NCBI GenBank assembly: GCA_002304935.1
Contig: DBPS01000009.1
Location: 19,046 to 83,045 of the forward strand
Direction of reading: 5' to 3'
Length of the DNA stretch: 64,000 nucleotides
Origin: Candidatus Humimicrobium oleiphilum
GTDB taxonomy: Bacteria; Actinomycetota; Humimicrobiia; Humimicrobiales; Humimicrobiaceae
This document shows, piece by piece, positions 30,117 to 40,654 of the stretch (positions are counted from its first letter, which is position 1; the number at the start of each line of letters is the position of its first letter). The notes beneath the pieces were generated by a model. The model was given only the letters and a program-made list of their open reading frames with translations, made no database searches and had not been told where the DNA came from. Made by a program: the position numbers and the translations under genes.

Positions 30117-30953
30117 TCAGAATTTATCCTGTTTGTTTTTTTTAAAATAATTATCATAACTATACAAAGGTTTGGTCCTGCGATTCTCAATTTTTTTTCT
30201 TGTTGCATTAAGGATAATTGCAATTACCAGAAACAATATAAACAACAGGACTATTCCCAGTATTACAAGAAGAAAATATGATAATAATTTTGTCTTTTCT
30301 CCTTCGACACTTATAAATCGCTGTTCTCCGTATTTAATATCCCAGACTGCTATCCTGTTTTCACCGGTAAAGTCAGAATTGCTCTTTAAAACCTTGAAAG
30401 GGAATTTTATCTGATAGGTGATCTTTAATATTTCCCTGTCTGTTTTGATAATGCTATCCAGGCGGTAAAGATCAGAGTTTACTCCTCCTGATTTAAGCAC
30501 TGATTCATCAATTTTCATATCCACAAAATCTTCAAAATTATACTTTGTGGAAAAAAATGATTCTGCCTTTTCTATCTTCGCATAAAACCTGTCAGGCGGG
30601 TTTTCTGAAAAGTTATCTATTGATACATGTGATAAAAAATTAATATCTTCAAAGTCAATTGTTGAAGTAAAATGAGTGTAGCCGTCTTTTTCAGAAGTAG
30701 TTATTTCTCCTTCGGGAAGGGAATCGAAGATTTTGTCAAAAAGAGGCTTGTCGTTTCCAATAGCGACTTCACCTTTTTTGATATATTCTGTTTTTACAGC
30801 AATGTCAACAATTCTTTTTCCCGAAAAATCACTATTGACTTCAGTATATATATCAAAAATTGTCTGGTCACAGGATACAAGCAAAAGCATAATCAGGACA
30901 AGCACTAAAACTATGAGGGAAAATTTAAATTTTAGCAAACCTGGTCTCATCAT
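30117..30953 (-). CDS. lipoprotein with C-terminal transmembrane anchor, unknown function
   Basis: signal peptide + LLVSC lipobox, C-terminal TM; no recognised catalytic domain. Confidence 0.5.
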   Translation of the reverse strand: MMRPGLLKFKFSLIVLVLVLIMLLLVSCDQTIFDIYTEVNSDFSGKRIVDIAVKTEYIKKGEVAIGNDKPLFDKIFDSLPEGEITTSEKDGYTHFTSTIDFEDINFLSHVSIDNFSENPPDRFYAKIEKAESFFSTKYNFEDFVDMKIDESVLKSGGVNSDLYRLDSIIKTDREILKITYQIKFPFKVLKSNSDFTGENRIAVWDIKYGEQRFISVEGEKTKLLSYFLLVILGIVLLFILFLVIAIILNATRKKIENRRTKPLYSYDNYFKKNKQDKF

Positions 30954-31168
30954 TGTTTAAAGAGATTACCTAATTTTTTAAATTATAGTTTAAAAAATGA
31001 AATATAAAAATCAATATACCAGAATATGCGAAAATTATTAATTTTTTATATCTTTTTTATAAAAAAAAGAAAAAAATAAATTAAAATTAAAATGATATAA
31101 TAAAAATTTAAATTAATTAAAAAGGAATATCTGTAGATTTTCTTAAAAGTCAGTAATTCAGGATTACC

Positions 31169-31888
31169 ATGGAATTGAAAAAGAAAATTAATAAAAATGG
31201 GTTTCTTATTGCAATTGAAGGTGTAGATTCAAGCGGGAAAGCTACTCAGGCTAAAATACTTTACGAAAACATAAAAAATGAAGGCCGGAAAGTAATGATG
31301 GTGGAATTTCCGGATTATAAAAGCAACTCGTCCGCACTTGTAAAGATGTATCTTAATGGTGATTTCGGTAAAAATCCAAAAGAAGTAAATCCTTATGCGG
31401 CGTCAGTTTTTTTTGCAGCAGACAGGTTTGCTTCATTTAATATTACATGGAAAAAATTTTACGAAGAAGGATATATCATAATTTGTGACCGGTATGTTAC
31501 TTCCAATATGATTTATCAGGCAGCAAAATTCGAAGATGGTAAAGAAAGAGATGATTATCTTGAATGGCTTGCAGATCTGGAGTTTGAAAAATTGAAACTT
31601 CCGGTACCTGACATTGTGATTTTCTTAAACATTTCTCCCCGATACTGTTCACATCTTATCAAGAGCAGGATGAATAAGATAACTGGTAAAAAAGAAAAAG
31701 ATATTCATGAAAAAAATGAAGAATATATGAAAAAAACTTATGAGGCTGCTTTGCTGGTTGCAAGAAAATATAAATGGAAGATCCTTGACTGCATTGATAA
31801 CGGACATCTGATGTCTATAGAAAAAATCAGCGGTCTTATAAAAGAACTTGTTGATGAAGAAACAGCAGATTGTTATAAAGGAAAATAA
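31169..31888 (+). CDS. tmk: thymidylate kinase
   Basis: P-loop IAIEGVDSSGKATQ, dTMP kinase fold. Confidence 0.85.
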   Translation: MELKKKINKNGFLIAIEGVDSSGKATQAKILYENIKNEGRKVMMVEFPDYKSNSSALVKMYLNGDFGKNPKEVNPYAASVFFAADRFASFNITWKKFYEEGYIIICDRYVTSNMIYQAAKFEDGKERDDYLEWLADLEFEKLKLPVPDIVIFLNISPRYCSHLIKSRMNKITGKKEKDIHEKNEEYMKKTYEAALLVARKYKWKILDCIDNGHLMSIEKISGLIKELVDEETADCYKGK

Positions 31889-31903
31889 AGAAAGTGAATT
31901 ATT

Positions 31904-32968
31904 TTGAATATAGAAAATATTGAATTCCTTGATAATGGCAACAGGGAAAATATTTTAAATATTAAAATGCTTAATCATAGTCTGAAAAAAAAGAACCTTG
32001 CGCATGCCTTTCTTTTTAATGGCAAAAATCCGGAAGGTCTTTTAAGGATAGCACTTTTATTTGTGTGCAGTATTTTTTGCAGGAACAACGGATGTCTTGA
32101 ATGCAGGGATTGTAAAAATGTTCTTAATCTGAAACATCCGGATCTTTTTTTGCTGAAGCCTTCAGGAGCTTCCTTAAGTGCTGAAGAATTCAGAAATGAT
32201 TTTGAGCAAAAAATAAACAAAAAAGCTGCCAGCAATACTCACAGGATTACAATAATACAGGAATGTGAGACAATGTCTGCAGGAATAGCAGACCGGTTTC
32301 TGAAAATACTTGAAGATCCACCAGGTGAAGACCTGATTTTTATTCTGCTTTCAGAAAATCCCGGTTCAATAAGAAAGACAATCAAATCCAGATGCCAGGT
32401 ACTTAACTGGCATTTTAATTCCGGTTTTTCCAGAGAGTATGGCGGCAAACTCCGGGAAGCTGCTTTTGTCACTGAAGATCTTTTAAAAAAGATAATATCC
32501 GGAAAAGCAGATATAAAGAATGTCCTTGATTTCAGTTCAGGGATAGATGAAATGATAAACAGACTTTCTTCTGGGTTAAATGACAGGCACAAGAAAGAGA
32601 TAGGTCTTATCAAAAAAAGCGGAATGGATGAAGAGTATATTTCCAGGCTGGTAAAAGATACAGAGGAATCGCAGAAAAGAGAAAAAAAGAAATTTTCAAA
32701 TTTAATAATCGCCCATGTTTTTGATATAATTTCTGCTTATGTCGAAGATATAATGGCAGCAATGTCCGGTTTCGGGAGCCAGTCTCTTAACAGAGAGGAG
32801 AATTATGAAGAAATCTGTAAGAATTATTGTGTCAGTCCGGAATATAAAAAAATATCACAATTTGGTAATATTCAAAATAAAATTGCATTAAACAGGAAAT
32901 CTTTGGCTGAAAATATTAATTATGAAATAGCGCTTGACAGGATTCTTTCAGAACTTGTCGTTGCATAA
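31904..32968 (+). CDS. holB: DNA polymerase III delta' subunit (start possibly ATG at 31967)
   Basis: LAHAFLFNG motif, AAA+ fold, Cys4 zinc module; conserved tmk-holB-yaaT order. Confidence 0.75.
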   Translation: MNIENIEFLDNGNRENILNIKMLNHSLKKKNLAHAFLFNGKNPEGLLRIALLFVCSIFCRNNGCLECRDCKNVLNLKHPDLFLLKPSGASLSAEEFRNDFEQKINKKAASNTHRITIIQECETMSAGIADRFLKILEDPPGEDLIFILLSENPGSIRKTIKSRCQVLNWHFNSGFSREYGGKLREAAFVTEDLLKKIISGKADIKNVLDFSSGIDEMINRLSSGLNDRHKKEIGLIKKSGMDEEYISRLVKDTEESQKREKKKFSNLIIAHVFDIISAYVEDIMAAMSGFGSQSLNREENYEEICKNYCVSPEYKKISQFGNIQNKIALNRKSLAENINYEIALDRILSELVVA

Positions 32969-32987
32969 ATATTAGAGAGGTGGTTTT

Positions 32988-33869
32988 ATGGCTGCTATAG
33001 TAGGAACCATATTCAGAAGAAATGGAAATGTATATTATCTTGATTCCTCAGATATCGCTCTTAATATGGGGGATAAAGTAATCTGCAGGCTTGAAGAAGT
33101 AATTGAAATTGGCGAAATAGTAAGTGTCTCAAGCAGGATCAGTGAAGACATAGTGCCAAGCATTACAAAGAAAATCATAAGAAAAGCAACATATTACGAT
33201 ATGTCTGTCGATGAGCTTAATAAAGCAAAAGAGGCAGAAGGCTATAAAAAATTTGAAGAACTTTCAAAAAAATATAACCTTCCCATGAAACTGGTGGATG
33301 TCCATATTATATTCGATAAAAGTAAAATGATTTTTTATTTTACTTCGGAAAAAAGAGTGGATTTCCGGGAAATGGTAAAAGAACTTGCATCTTATTTTAA
33401 AATGAGGATAGAACTCAGACAGATAGGTGTAAGAGATGAAGCAAAAATAGTGGGAGGCCTGGGTCCCTGCGGTATGAATCTCTGCTGCAAAAGTTTTTTA
33501 ACTGATTTTGAATCAATATCGATCAAGATGGCAAAAGATCAGAATCTGCCTTTAAATCCTCTGAAAATTTCAGGGATATGCGGAAGGCTTATGTGTTGTC
33601 TTAAATATGAATATGAGAGCTACAGGGATTTTGTCGACAATGCGCCTGAAAGGGGCACACCGGTAAAATGTAGCTATGGAAAAGGATTTATTTTCGGATA
33701 TGAACCTTTAAAATCTAATGTAATAGTTGAGTTTGAAAATGAAACCAGGGTCAGCATGCCTCTGGACGAGATAGAAATTGATCCGGAAGGAAAAATGGAA
33801 ATTACCGATAATGAAGCAGAGGAAACAGATATTCTGCCTGATTCTTTCGAAGACACTTATCCGGAATAA
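32988..33869 (+). CDS. ricT: PSP1-domain protein YaaT/RicT
   Basis: PSP1 C-terminal domain with GPCGMNLCCKSF ... GICGRLMCCLKYE Cys motifs. Confidence 0.85.
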   Translation: MAAIVGTIFRRNGNVYYLDSSDIALNMGDKVICRLEEVIEIGEIVSVSSRISEDIVPSITKKIIRKATYYDMSVDELNKAKEAEGYKKFEELSKKYNLPMKLVDVHIIFDKSKMIFYFTSEKRVDFREMVKELASYFKMRIELRQIGVRDEAKIVGGLGPCGMNLCCKSFLTDFESISIKMAKDQNLPLNPLKISGICGRLMCCLKYEYESYRDFVDNAPERGTPVKCSYGKGFIFGYEPLKSNVIVEFENETRVSMPLDEIEIDPEGKMEITDNEAEETDILPDSFEDTYPE

Positions 33870-33908
33870 AATCATTATTAATGGCTTTAAATATTTTTAG
33901 CCACGTTT

Positions 33909-33984
33909 GCCGATGTAGCTCAACTGGCAGAGCAACTCATTCGTAATGAGTAGGTTACCGGTTCAATTCCGGTCATCGGCTCCA
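33909..33984 (+). tRNA. tRNA-Thr (anticodon CGU)
   Basis: GCCGATG/CATCGGC acceptor stem, D-loop AGCTCAACTGGCAGAGC, anticodon loop TTCGTAA, GGTTCAATTCC T-arm, 3' TCCA. Confidence 0.85.
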
Positions 33985-34050
33985 TGAATATTGTTATTTT
34001 GTTATTTGTTTTTTATTATTTACATTATTTTTATTTTGAAAGAGGATATA

Positions 34051-35790
34051 TTGCTTCTGAACTGCTTAAAGAAAAGATTTCTTAAAGATATTATTACTCT
34101 TTTTCCTGAAATCGAAAATCAGGAAAAAGCTGAATATAAGAGTATCCTTGCTTCTGTCAGGATAGAGGAGCCGAAAAATCGTGAATTCGGTGACCTGACA
34201 ACTAATGCGGCAATGGTTTTAGCTTCAAAGATCAGGAAAAAACCATCGGATCTGGCAACTCTTATCAAAGACGAGATTCTTGGCAGATATGAAGAGATAA
34301 AAGAGATAAATATAGCCGGACCGGGATTTTTGAATATTAAATTAAAAGATTCGTTTCTAATTGAAAAAATACTTGAAGTATTCAAGCAGCATGACAGCTA
34401 CGGAAGCAATGATACAGCAAAAGGAACAAAAATACAGATTGAATATGTAAGTTCCAACCCGACGGGTAATCTCCATATAGGGCATGGAAGATGGGGAGTG
34501 ATGGGCGATATTCTTTCAAATATCTATTCGCTGAATGGATTTGATGTCTGCCGGGAATATTATGTAAATGATTACGGCACACAGGCAAAGATATTTGCAG
34601 AGTGTGTCAGATCCGTCTATCTTGAAAGGTTTGATATAAAATACCCTTATCCTGAAGAAGGATACCCCAGAGAAACTGTTTCAAAGATAGCTGATATCTT
34701 ATTTAATAAATTTTCTGACAGTTTCATAAAAGATAAAACAACTCTGGAATTTGATGAAATTTCTTTTTCCAGAAATGCCATCCGCATAATGGTCTCTCTG
34801 ATAACAGATACATTAAAGTCAATAGGAGTTGAATTCGATGTCTGGTTTTTTGAGAGCTCTCTTTACGGAGAAGGCTCATTTGATGCAACGCTTGATTTTC
34901 TTAAAGAAAGAAATCTGACATATGATGAAGAAGAAGCACTCTGGTTCAAATCAACTGATTTCGGAGATGATAAAGACAGAGTTATAATAAGAAAAGATGG
35001 AAATCCTACTTATTTTGCTTCCGATATCATGTATCTGATAAATAAAAAAGAAAGAGGATTTGAGTATCTCCTGTATATACTTGGTGCTGATCATCACGGA
35101 TACATATCCAGGCTTAAAGCAATTGCAAGTTCCATAGGAATGGATAAGGATAAAGTCTCAATCATAATCGGACAGCTGGTAAGAATAATCGAGGGCAGAG
35201 AAGTACAGAAGATGTCAAGAAGGAAAGGAAAAGGTTTTACTCTTGACGATCTTGTGTCTGAAGTAGGAAGGGATGCTGTAAGATATTTCTTTTCAATGAA
35301 TTCTTTTGACACTCATCTTGATTTTGATATAAGCCTGGCAAAGAAAAAATCAAATCAGAATCCGGTATTTTATGTACAGTATGCTTTTGCAAGAATAGGC
35401 AGCATAATACGAAAAACCAACGAAAACCGACCTGTCAATCTTGATGCGGATTTTGTTTCAGGTATGGAAGATTATGATTCGCAGGTTTTTGGGAATTTTC
35501 TTTTATCAATTGAAAAAAATGATTTTAAAAATCCAAGCGAACGCAATCTTGCCTGGACCATACTGCTTTTTCCGGATACGGTCAGGGATGCCTGCAGAAG
35601 CAATGCGCCATATTTTGTCAACCAGTATCTGTACAGGCTCGCAAGTGAATTCCATTATTTTTATAAACATAATAAGATAATAACTAAAGATAAAATAAAT
35701 ATAAAAAGGTTATTGCTTGCACTGGCTGCAAGGCTAGTCTTAAAAAAGGGTCTTGATATTCTTGGAGTATCGGCACCTGAAAGGATGTAA
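34051..35790 (+). CDS. argS: arginine--tRNA ligase (TTG start after AGAGGA RBS; ORF frame opens at 33991)
   Basis: class I HIGH motif PTGNLHIGHGRWG, KMSK-like region (QKMSRRKG), DALR anticodon-binding C-terminus. Confidence 0.9.
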   Translation: MLLNCLKKRFLKDIITLFPEIENQEKAEYKSILASVRIEEPKNREFGDLTTNAAMVLASKIRKKPSDLATLIKDEILGRYEEIKEINIAGPGFLNIKLKDSFLIEKILEVFKQHDSYGSNDTAKGTKIQIEYVSSNPTGNLHIGHGRWGVMGDILSNIYSLNGFDVCREYYVNDYGTQAKIFAECVRSVYLERFDIKYPYPEEGYPRETVSKIADILFNKFSDSFIKDKTTLEFDEISFSRNAIRIMVSLITDTLKSIGVEFDVWFFESSLYGEGSFDATLDFLKERNLTYDEEEALWFKSTDFGDDKDRVIIRKDGNPTYFASDIMYLINKKERGFEYLLYILGADHHGYISRLKAIASSIGMDKDKVSIIIGQLVRIIEGREVQKMSRRKGKGFTLDDLVSEVGRDAVRYFFSMNSFDTHLDFDISLAKKKSNQNPVFYVQYAFARIGSIIRKTNENRPVNLDADFVSGMEDYDSQVFGNFLLSIEKNDFKNPSERNLAWTILLFPDTVRDACRSNAPYFVNQYLYRLASEFHYFYKHNKIITKDKINIKRLLLALAARLVLKKGLDILGVSAPERM

Positions 35791-35810
35791 GGTTTTTGAA
35801 AGGAATTTAA

Positions 35811-37136
35811 ATGTTATTACCACTTACTGTAAGAAAAAATAATTCGGACCACCTGGAAATAGATGGTATTGATTTTAAAAATCTTGTTGAAAAATATGAT
35901 ACGCCGCTTTATATAGTTGACGTAAAAACTGTACAGAATCAATGCAGGGAATATATTGAAAGTTTTGCCAGTGATATTTTTGAAACAGAGATTATTTATG
36001 CATCAAAAGCTTTTAACTGTGTAGCAATGTGTCAGCTTGTAAATTCAGAAGGACTAAGCATCGATGTATCCACTGGCGGTGAATTGTTCATTGCATTAAA
36101 GAGCGGTTTTAATCCTTCCAAGATTTATTTTCACGGAAACAACAAATCAGAACAGGAGATAGAGTTCGGAATCAGTGAAAAAGTAGGATGTTTTATTGTC
36201 GACAACTTTGAAGAGATAGATACACTTGACAGGGTTGCAGGCAGCAAGGGGATTGTTCAGAAGATAATGATAAGGATAACTCCGGGAATACATGCATCTA
36301 CTCATGAATACATTCAGACAGGTAAGGAAAAATCAAAATTCGGATTTAATGTAAACGGCGGCTCTGCAATGGAAGCTGTAAAAAAAATAATTACGAAGAA
36401 GAACCTGAAGCTTGCCGGAATTCATTCACATATAGGTTCCCAGATTTTTAACATAGAACCGTATGAAAAACTTATTTCAGTGCAGTTAAGATTCATTGCC
36501 CAGGTACTTAAAGAAACAGGGCTTGTTCTCCAGGAAATAAATATAGGAGGAGGCCTTGGCGTAAAATATCTCCAGGAGGACAGGACTTCTTCGATTTCAG
36601 AATTTGCTGCTCTTGTAAAAGATTCTGTAGAAAAATATTCTGCCAGATATAATGTCAGGGTAAAAAAACTGATGCTTGAACCAGGAAGATCAGTAGTGGG
36701 TAATGCCGGAATTGCAATTTACAGGATAGGAGTGATCAAGCAGATTCCTGAAGTCCACAATTATATTTCTGTAGACGGGGGAATGAGCGATAATATCAGG
36801 CCTGTCCTTTACGGTGCAAAATACAGTGTTTTTATTGCCAGCAAAATGAGTATAACTGAAGAATTGAAAAATAAGAAAAACTGGAAAAAATATACTATTG
36901 TCGGAAAACACTGTGAAAGTGGTGATATTCTTATTGAAGAAGTTTTTTTGCCGGATTTGGAAACCGGTGATTTTATCGTCCTGGCAACAACGGGGGCTTA
37001 CTGCTATTCAATGTCAAGTAATTATAACAGCCAGCCACGTCCTGCTGTGATTGCAGTCAGAGATGGAAAGGACCAGGTCTGGATCGAACGTGAAAATTAT
37101 GAAGATTTAATTAAAAATCATAAAAAGTTGGTTTGA
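35811..37136 (+). CDS. lysA: diaminopimelate decarboxylase
   Basis: PLP-dependent fold-III decarboxylase motifs (YASKAF, GGGLGV, CESGD). Confidence 0.9.
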   Translation: MLLPLTVRKNNSDHLEIDGIDFKNLVEKYDTPLYIVDVKTVQNQCREYIESFASDIFETEIIYASKAFNCVAMCQLVNSEGLSIDVSTGGELFIALKSGFNPSKIYFHGNNKSEQEIEFGISEKVGCFIVDNFEEIDTLDRVAGSKGIVQKIMIRITPGIHASTHEYIQTGKEKSKFGFNVNGGSAMEAVKKIITKKNLKLAGIHSHIGSQIFNIEPYEKLISVQLRFIAQVLKETGLVLQEINIGGGLGVKYLQEDRTSSISEFAALVKDSVEKYSARYNVRVKKLMLEPGRSVVGNAGIAIYRIGVIKQIPEVHNYISVDGGMSDNIRPVLYGAKYSVFIASKMSITEELKNKKNWKKYTIVGKHCESGDILIEEVFLPDLETGDFIVLATTGAYCYSMSSNYNSQPRPAVIAVRDGKDQVWIERENYEDLIKNHKKLV

Positions 37137-37137
37137 A

Positions 37138-38463
37138 ATGAAAAATTCAAATGAAAATACAATAAATATCGGATTAATCGGTCTGGGTTATATAGGGACA
37201 GGAGTTTTCAAGCTTATTGAGAGCCAGAAAAATTATATTACCCAGAAAACCGGAAAAGTCCTAAGGATTATAAAGGTAGCAGATAAAGAGATTGCCAAAA
37301 GGTCGGTACCTTTTATTGAAATCTATAAAGATAAAGTTGTTTTTACCGACAAAGTGGATGAAATAATAAATGACAGGGAAATTGATATAGTGGTTGAGCT
37401 TGTAGGAGGGATTGAACCTGCCTACGATTATGTAATCAGATCCTTAAACAAGGGAAAATATGTTGTAACGGCAAACAAGGATCTTATCGCAAACAGGGGG
37501 GAGAGTCTTTTCAAAGCTGCTGAGGAAAATAATGTGGATATATTATTTGAAGCCAGCGTAGGAGGCGGAATCCCGATAATCGGTCCTATGAAAACTTCTC
37601 TTGCTGCCAATAACATCAATAAAATCGTCGGGATAGTCAATGGTACTACAAATTATATCCTTACAAGAATGCAGAAAGATGAATTAAGTTTTGAGGATGC
37701 CTTGAAGACTGCGCAGGAACTCGGTTTTGCAGAAAAAGTAAATCCTTCCGCTGATATTGAAGGCAGCGATGCAGCATGCAAGCTGGCAATCCTTTCCTCA
37801 ATAGCGTTTAATTCCAGGGTTACATTTAAAGATGTTTACAAAGAAGGAATAAAAATGGTGACACTTGACGATATCAGGTTTGCCAATGATCTGGGATATA
37901 CAATAAAACTGCTGGCAATCGGCAGCAATGAAGGGAATTCTGTATGCGCAAGGGTTCATCCGGCACTTGTTCCGAAAGATCATATTTTATCTTCCATAAA
38001 TTATGCCAATAATGCTGTATATCTTTATGGCAATTTTGTAGGAGAAGTAATGAGCTACGGACTTGGCGCAGGGGACAGGCCTACTGCGAGTTCGGTTGTA
38101 GGAGATATAATCCAGGTGGCAAAAAACCTTGACCGTCACAGAAAAAAACCGGTGTTTGGCTGCACATGCTTTATACAAAAAGAAATCAAACCTATTGAAG
38201 AGATAAACAGCAAATTCTATGCTCTTATAGAAGTCAAGGACCAGCCGGGTGTTCTTGCGAAGATAGCTTCAGTCTTTGGAAATCATAATGTGTCAATTGA
38301 GTCGATGATACAGAAACAGACTACTGAAAGCGGTTCAGCCCAGATTGTGTTCATTACACACAGAGTTCTTAATAAGAACATGAATAAATCAGTCAGGGAA
38401 ATTTCAAAACTTGATGTTGTAAGCAAAGTCCTGAATATGATAAGAGTGGAAGATCTTGACTGA
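37138..38463 (+). CDS. hom: homoserine dehydrogenase with C-terminal ACT domain
   Basis: NAD-binding GLIGLGYIGTG, catalytic domain, ACT domain. Confidence 0.9.
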   Translation: MKNSNENTINIGLIGLGYIGTGVFKLIESQKNYITQKTGKVLRIIKVADKEIAKRSVPFIEIYKDKVVFTDKVDEIINDREIDIVVELVGGIEPAYDYVIRSLNKGKYVVTANKDLIANRGESLFKAAEENNVDILFEASVGGGIPIIGPMKTSLAANNINKIVGIVNGTTNYILTRMQKDELSFEDALKTAQELGFAEKVNPSADIEGSDAACKLAILSSIAFNSRVTFKDVYKEGIKMVTLDDIRFANDLGYTIKLLAIGSNEGNSVCARVHPALVPKDHILSSINYANNAVYLYGNFVGEVMSYGLGAGDRPTASSVVGDIIQVAKNLDRHRKKPVFGCTCFIQKEIKPIEEINSKFYALIEVKDQPGVLAKIASVFGNHNVSIESMIQKQTTESGSAQIVFITHRVLNKNMNKSVREISKLDVVSKVLNMIRVEDLD

Positions 38464-38619
38464 GATTTTATTAATTATTATATGGTCATTATATACGGTC
38501 AGATTAAAATTTACGGGGGGAATGGGTTGTTAAAACAGAATTTATAGTAAAAGACCAGTCAAACGGAATTTATGATAAAAGAACAGTCAAAAAAAATTTT
38601 TACAGAAAAGGGATATAAG

Positions 38620-39678
38620 ATGACAGTTAGTTTTGAGGGAATAATAGAAAGATATCGCAGTTTTCTTCCAGTTGATAAAAATACTCCGATAGTCAGCCTG
38701 AATGAAGGATTTACTCCTTTGATAAGATCCGGATTTTTTTCAGGGAAATATAATGCAGACATATATTTCAAGTTTGAGGGGCTTAATCCTACGGGTTCTT
38801 TTAAGGACCGGGGGATGACAATGGCTATAAGCAAAGCAAAGGAAGCCGGAGCGAAGGCTGTAATGTGTGCTTCCACCGGTAATACATCAGCCTCTGCTGC
38901 AGCTTATGCGCGCAGAGGAGGCATGAGATGCATAGTAGTCATTCCTGAAGGAAAAATAGCTCTTGGCAAGCTTGCCCAGGCAATGATGCATGGAGCGGAA
39001 GTGCTTGCAATAGAAGGTAATTTTGATGATGCTCTTGATGTTGTAAGATATATAACTTCAAATTTTGATATAGCTCTTGTCAACTCCATCAACCCCTACA
39101 GGATAGAAGGCCAGAAAACGGCAGCATTTGAAATATGTGACTGGCTTGGAGATGCTCCGGATTATGTATTTATCCCGGTAGGCAATGCTGGCAATATCAC
39201 TTCTTACTGGAAAGGTTTCAAAGAGTATAAGCAGAAGGGTTTATCTGAAAAATTACCTTCGATGATGGGATTTCAGGCTGAAGGGGCTGCTCCGATAGTA
39301 AGAAAGCATATAGTTGAAAAGCCTGAAACAGTTGCAACAGCAATTCGTATAGGAAACCCGGCAAGATGGAAAGAGGCAGAAAACGCAGCGTCAGAATCCA
39401 GAGGATTCATAGATATGGTTTCTGACAGGCAGATACTTGATGCCTATAAGGCCCTGGCACTAAATGAAGGGATTTTCTGCGAGCCTGCTTCGGCTGCCTG
39501 CGTTGCCGGTCTTATTCAGACAGCAGAAAAAAACATAAATTATATTTCAGAAAAAAAGGTCGTCTGCATACTGACAGGCCATGGTCTTAAAGACCCTGAT
39601 ACCGCAATCTCTATTTCAGATGAGATAATCAGAGTAAAAAAAGATTATAATCAGATACAAAAAATACTTGGACTATGA
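38620..39678 (+). CDS. thrC: threonine synthase (ORF frame opens at 38572)
   Basis: PLP-lysine motif FKDRGMT, fold-II PLP enzyme. Confidence 0.9.
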   Translation: MTVSFEGIIERYRSFLPVDKNTPIVSLNEGFTPLIRSGFFSGKYNADIYFKFEGLNPTGSFKDRGMTMAISKAKEAGAKAVMCASTGNTSASAAAYARRGGMRCIVVIPEGKIALGKLAQAMMHGAEVLAIEGNFDDALDVVRYITSNFDIALVNSINPYRIEGQKTAAFEICDWLGDAPDYVFIPVGNAGNITSYWKGFKEYKQKGLSEKLPSMMGFQAEGAAPIVRKHIVEKPETVATAIRIGNPARWKEAENAASESRGFIDMVSDRQILDAYKALALNEGIFCEPASAACVAGLIQTAEKNINYISEKKVVCILTGHGLKDPDTAISISDEIIRVKKDYNQIQKILGL

Positions 39679-40610
39679 ATGAAAATAAAGTAATCACCAA
39701 AGTAAGAACCTTTGCAACTGCTGCAAATCTGGGTCCTGGCTATGACTGTGCCGGTATGGCTCTTGATCTTTACAATGAACATGAAGTCTATGAAAATCCT
39801 GATGGAAAGGATTGTGTTTTTATAGAAGGAAATGACAGGCACAAGATAGCGACTGACGGAAATAATCTGATTTGCAGGACCATCCGGAAGACATATGAAA
39901 TAAAAACCGGAAAAAAATTTGAAGACTTAAAAAAGAATTTCAGAATAGTCACCCATATCGGAGTTCCAGTGGAAAGAGGGTTGGGCAGCAGCTCGACTGC
40001 TGTAGTGGCAGGGCTTCTGATTGCTGATAAAATTTTTAATTTTAATTTATCGCAGAGAGAGTTGCTGAATATCGGCCTGGAAATAGAATCTCATCCTGAC
40101 AATCTTGCTCCATGCATATCCGGAGGGCTTGTCATATGTTACAGAAACAGAGAAAATGAGATAGATTTTAAAAGGATTGAAACCTGCGGCAAATTTAAAA
40201 TATTATTAATCATACCGAATCATAAAGTAAACACCAATGAAGCCAGAAAGCTTATTCCTGATTTTTTCCCGAAAGAAGATGTAATAACAAATATTTCAAA
40301 TTTTGCTTTACTGGTAGATAGTTTTGTAACTGGTGATTTTAAAAATGCACCGGACTTTATAAATGACAGGCTGCATCAGCCATACAGGAAGACAGTATAT
40401 CCGGATTCAATGATGATTGTGGAAGAACTAAATGAAAGGATAAGCCTTCCTGCAGCAATAGGAGGATCTGGTCCTACGGTCTTTGCAATAATTCCGGGGA
40501 ACAGGATGGAGGATGCAAAAGAATATGTTGAAGGAATACTTAAATTAAAATATCCTGAATTTGAATACAAGTTTACTTCCATAAGCAATAAGGGAAGTTA
40601 TTGTTACTGA
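39675..40610 (+). CDS. thrB: homoserine kinase
   Basis: GHMP kinase motif PVERGLGSSST; ATGA overlap with thrC. Confidence 0.9.
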   Translation: MNENKVITKVRTFATAANLGPGYDCAGMALDLYNEHEVYENPDGKDCVFIEGNDRHKIATDGNNLICRTIRKTYEIKTGKKFEDLKKNFRIVTHIGVPVERGLGSSSTAVVAGLLIADKIFNFNLSQRELLNIGLEIESHPDNLAPCISGGLVICYRNRENEIDFKRIETCGKFKILLIIPNHKVNTNEARKLIPDFFPKEDVITNISNFALLVDSFVTGDFKNAPDFINDRLHQPYRKTVYPDSMMIVEELNERISLPAAIGGSGPTVFAIIPGNRMEDAKEYVEGILKLKYPEFEYKFTSISNKGSYCY

Positions 40611-40654
40611 ACTGGTTATTATAGTATATGTAAAAAACTTCTAATTAATAAAGA

